A DNA stretch of 64,000 bases from Gammaproteobacteria bacterium (GTDB taxonomy: Bacteria > Pseudomonadota > Gammaproteobacteria > Eutrophobiales > Eutrophobiaceae), in contig OZ245331.1 of NCBI GenBank assembly GCA_965226155.1, positions 466,681 to 530,680 on the forward strand, read 5' to 3'. The translations under genes were made by a program, and so were the position numbers. The number at the start of each line of letters is the position of its first letter. Positions within the stretch are counted from its first letter, which is position 1. Positions 62,013-64,000 of this stretch are shown piece after piece. Below the pieces are notes generated by a model, which saw only the letters and a list, made by a program, of their open reading frames with translations, ran no database searches and was not told where the DNA came from.

Positions 62013-64000
62013 TCAGGTAACTACATCCCGGTTTTTATATAAGAGTTTTTGCTGTTTTGAAAACTTGCGATAACGGATCTGCCAATTTGATGGGTTGTTA
62101 ACCTTTTGAGCCTGTACCGCAGTTACTTTGTATTCCGGACAGTTAGTTGCCCCATCAGAATGATCACTAGTTACAACATTAGCACCGGTCTCAGGGAAAT
62201 GAAATGTCGTATACACAACGCCCGGCTGAACACGCTCAGTCACAATGGCACGCAGGACAGTTTCCCCTGAACGGCTATTGATACCAACCCAGTCGTCTGT
62301 CTCTATACCACGATCCTGGGCATCATGGGGATGGATTTCCAAACGATCTTCATCATTCCAGATTACATTCTCGGTTCGACGTGTTTGAGCACCAACATTA
62401 TATTGCGACAGTATCCTGCCTGACGTTAAAATTAATGGATACTTTGAATTGTTTTTCTCATGAGAAGGCACATATTCAGTTAACATGAACTTACCTTTGC
62501 CACGCACAAATTCACCGACATGCAACACCGGTGTACCTTCAGGAGTTTTCTCATTACATGGCCACTGGATACTACCCAGTTGATCTATTTTAGAATAGCT
62601 GACACCGGTAAATGTAGGTGTTAGTTTTGCTATTTCATCCATGACCTCAGAAGGATGTTGATAGTTCATCGGGTAACCAAGTGCATTGGATAACATACAA
62701 GTAATTTCCCAGTCTTCCTTGCCGGCTAGAGGTGGCATTACTTTACGTACAGGTGAGATACGTCGTTCTGCGTTAGTGAAAGTTCCATTCTTCTCAAGAA
62801 ATGAGGAACCAGGCAGAAATACATGTGCATATTTAGCTGTCTCGTTAATAAACAAGTCTTGAACAACTACGCATTCCATCGCCTCGAGCGAAGCAATAAC
62901 GTGCTGTGTATCTGGGTCGGACTGGGCGAAGTCCTCGCCTTGAATATAAATTCCTTTGAAACTGCCATCCAAAGCTGCCTCAAACATATTGGGAATGCGT
63001 AGACCAGGTTCGGAAATTAAGGGCCTGCCCCATAATGTTTCGAAGTTATGACGCACAGTGTCGTCCGAGACATGCCGATAACCAGGAAATTCATGAGGGA
63101 AAGAACCCATATCGCATGCACCCTGGACATTGTTTTGGCCACGTAAAGGATTTACACCGACACCTTTACGACCCAAGTTTCCTGTTGCCATTGCGAGGTT
63201 AGCAATCCCAATAACGGCGGTAGAACCCTGGGCATGTTCTGTCACTCCCAAACCATAATAAATAGCACCATTACCGGCACTAGCATACAAACGTGCAGCG
63301 CCTCGTATTATTTCAGACGGAACACCGCAAACATCTTCCATGGCTTCCGGCGTATGGCGTTCTTCAGAAACAAAATTTTTCCATTTAAGGTATGCATCTG
63401 ATTCGCAACGCTCTTTTACATAGTCTTCTTTCACCAGTCCTTCAGTAACTATCACGTTTGCTAGCGCAGTTAGTACTGCGACATTAGTACCTGGTTTTAA
63501 CTTAAGGTGGTAATCCGCTTCAATATGTGGTGACCTTACCATAGCGATACTACGAGGATCGATAATGATCAATTTCGCGCCTTCCCTTAATCGACGTTTC
63601 ATTTGAGAGCTGAAAACGGGATGTCCTTCAGTAGGATTGGCACCGATAATAATCATGACATCGGTTTCCATCACAGAATCAAAATTTTGTGTACCTGCTG
63701 ATTCTCCTAATGTGTTTTTGAGGCCATAACCGGTTGGTGAATGACATACTCGAGCACAGGTATCAACGTTATTATTACCGAATCCTGCTCGTACCAGTTT
63801 CTGAACCAGATAGGTTTCTTCATTTGAACAACGGGATGATGTAATGCCTCCGATCGAATTCTTGCCATATTCCTTTTGAATACGCTTGAATTCATTGGCT
63901 GCATAATCAATGGCTTCTTCCCAAGAGACTTCCCTCCACTGATCTTTAATGGAATCTCGAATCAATGGTTTTTTAACCCGGTCAGGATGAGAAGCATATG
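62013..64000 (-). CDS. fdsA: NAD-dependent formate dehydrogenase alpha subunit (molybdopterin oxidoreductase), 3' part; N-terminus lies beyond the window end
   Basis: The frame is open to base 64000 (…YASHPDRVKKPLIRD…). The molybdopterin domain (GITSSRCSNEE…, CARVCHSPT) and C-terminal MopB-barrel are present. Confidence 0.85.
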   Translation of the reverse strand, partial: YASHPDRVKKPLIRDSIKDQWREVSWEEAIDYAANEFKRIQKEYGKNSIGGITSSRCSNEETYLVQKLVRAGFGNNNVDTCARVCHSPTGYGLKNTLGESAGTQNFDSVMETDVMIIIGANPTEGHPVFSSQMKRRLREGAKLIIIDPRSIAMVRSPHIEADYHLKLKPGTNVAVLTALANVIVTEGLVKEDYVKERCESDAYLKWKNFVSEERHTPEAMEDVCGVPSEIIRGAARLYASAGNGAIYYGLGVTEHAQGSTAVIGIANLAMATGNLGRKGVGVNPLRGQNNVQGACDMGSFPHEFPGYRHVSDDTVRHNFETLWGRPLISEPGLRIPNMFEAALDGSFKGIYIQGEDFAQSDPDTQHVIASLEAMECVVVQDLFINETAKYAHVFLPGSSFLEKNGTFTNAERRISPVRKVMPPLAGKEDWEITCMLSNALGYPMNYQHPSEVMDEIAKLTPTFTGVSYSKIDQLGSIQWPCNEKTPEGTPVLHVGEFVRGKGKFMLTEYVPSHEKNNSKYPLILTSGRILSQYNVGAQTRRTENVIWNDEDRLEIHPHDAQDRGIETDDWVGINSRSGETVLRAIVTERVQPGVVYTTFHFPETGANVVTSDHSDGATNCPEYKVTAVQAQKVNNPSNWQIRYRKFSKQQKLLYKNRDVVT

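Noticed and set aside
1-64000. tRNA, rRNA or tmRNA genes, which often mark island boundaries
   Set aside because: No cloverleaf-like GTTCGAATC-containing segments or rRNA-like conserved blocks were found by eye. This cannot be excluded without a covariance-model scan.

Overview
The window (about 43% GC) is a dense accessory-type region from a Gram-negative bacterium, recognised by TonB-dependent receptors and LysR regulators. It is dominated by hydrolytic and oxidative genes for nitrogen-rich small molecules and is interrupted by insertion sequences and decaying genes.

In order:
- 1-3877: an operon of enolase-superfamily racemase (5' partial), opine dehydrogenase, DpaA-like dehydrogenase and cyclic amidohydrolase.
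- 4097-10364: LysR regulator, TonB-dependent receptor, secreted amidohydrolase, MFS transporter.
- 10689-22152: a long co-directional cluster of two isochorismatase-family hydrolases, hydantoinase B and A, CDA-fold deaminase, M24 creatinase/prolidase-like protein, amidohydrolase, tautomerase, VOC protein, YciI-like protein and L-serine dehydratase. This best fits an N-methylhydantoin/creatinine-type (cyclic ureide) degradation route ending in sarcosine/glycine/serine.
- 22153-35000: a decayed, IS-rich stretch with a frameshifted isochorismatase, two LLM flavin oxidoreductases (one with an in-frame TAG), three copies of one IS30-family element (one with a nonsense codon), an IS481-family element with foreign-looking GC, a frameshifted second sdaA, HAD phosphatase, cyclase, isochorismatase and an M20 peptidase bracketed by inverted IS30 copies.
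- 35430-47321: a second CDA-fold deaminase, a xanthine-dehydrogenase-family molybdoenzyme (Moco subunit followed by a fused FeS/FAD subunit), then divergently a GcvT-like aminomethyltransferase, adenosine-deaminase-family protein, amidohydrolase, MFS transporter and TonB-dependent receptor.
- 49615-60874: LysR regulator followed by a full VanA-type Rieske oxygenase, small ferredoxin, a Rieske-less VanA-like catalytic subunit, a stand-alone Rieske protein and a GST. This closely parallels the NdmA/B plus NdmC-D-E architecture of caffeine N-demethylases, but with the Rieske module unfused. It is followed by cyclase, VOC, polysaccharide-deacetylase-like protein, two SDRs, amidase and MFS transporter.
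- 60951-64000: fdsD, fdhD (fdsC) and a partial fdsA NAD-formate dehydrogenase alpha gene, consistent with disposal of C1 units from demethylation.

No rRNA, tRNA or CRISPR arrays were recognised. All functional calls are from motif and family recognition by eye; no database search was possible.
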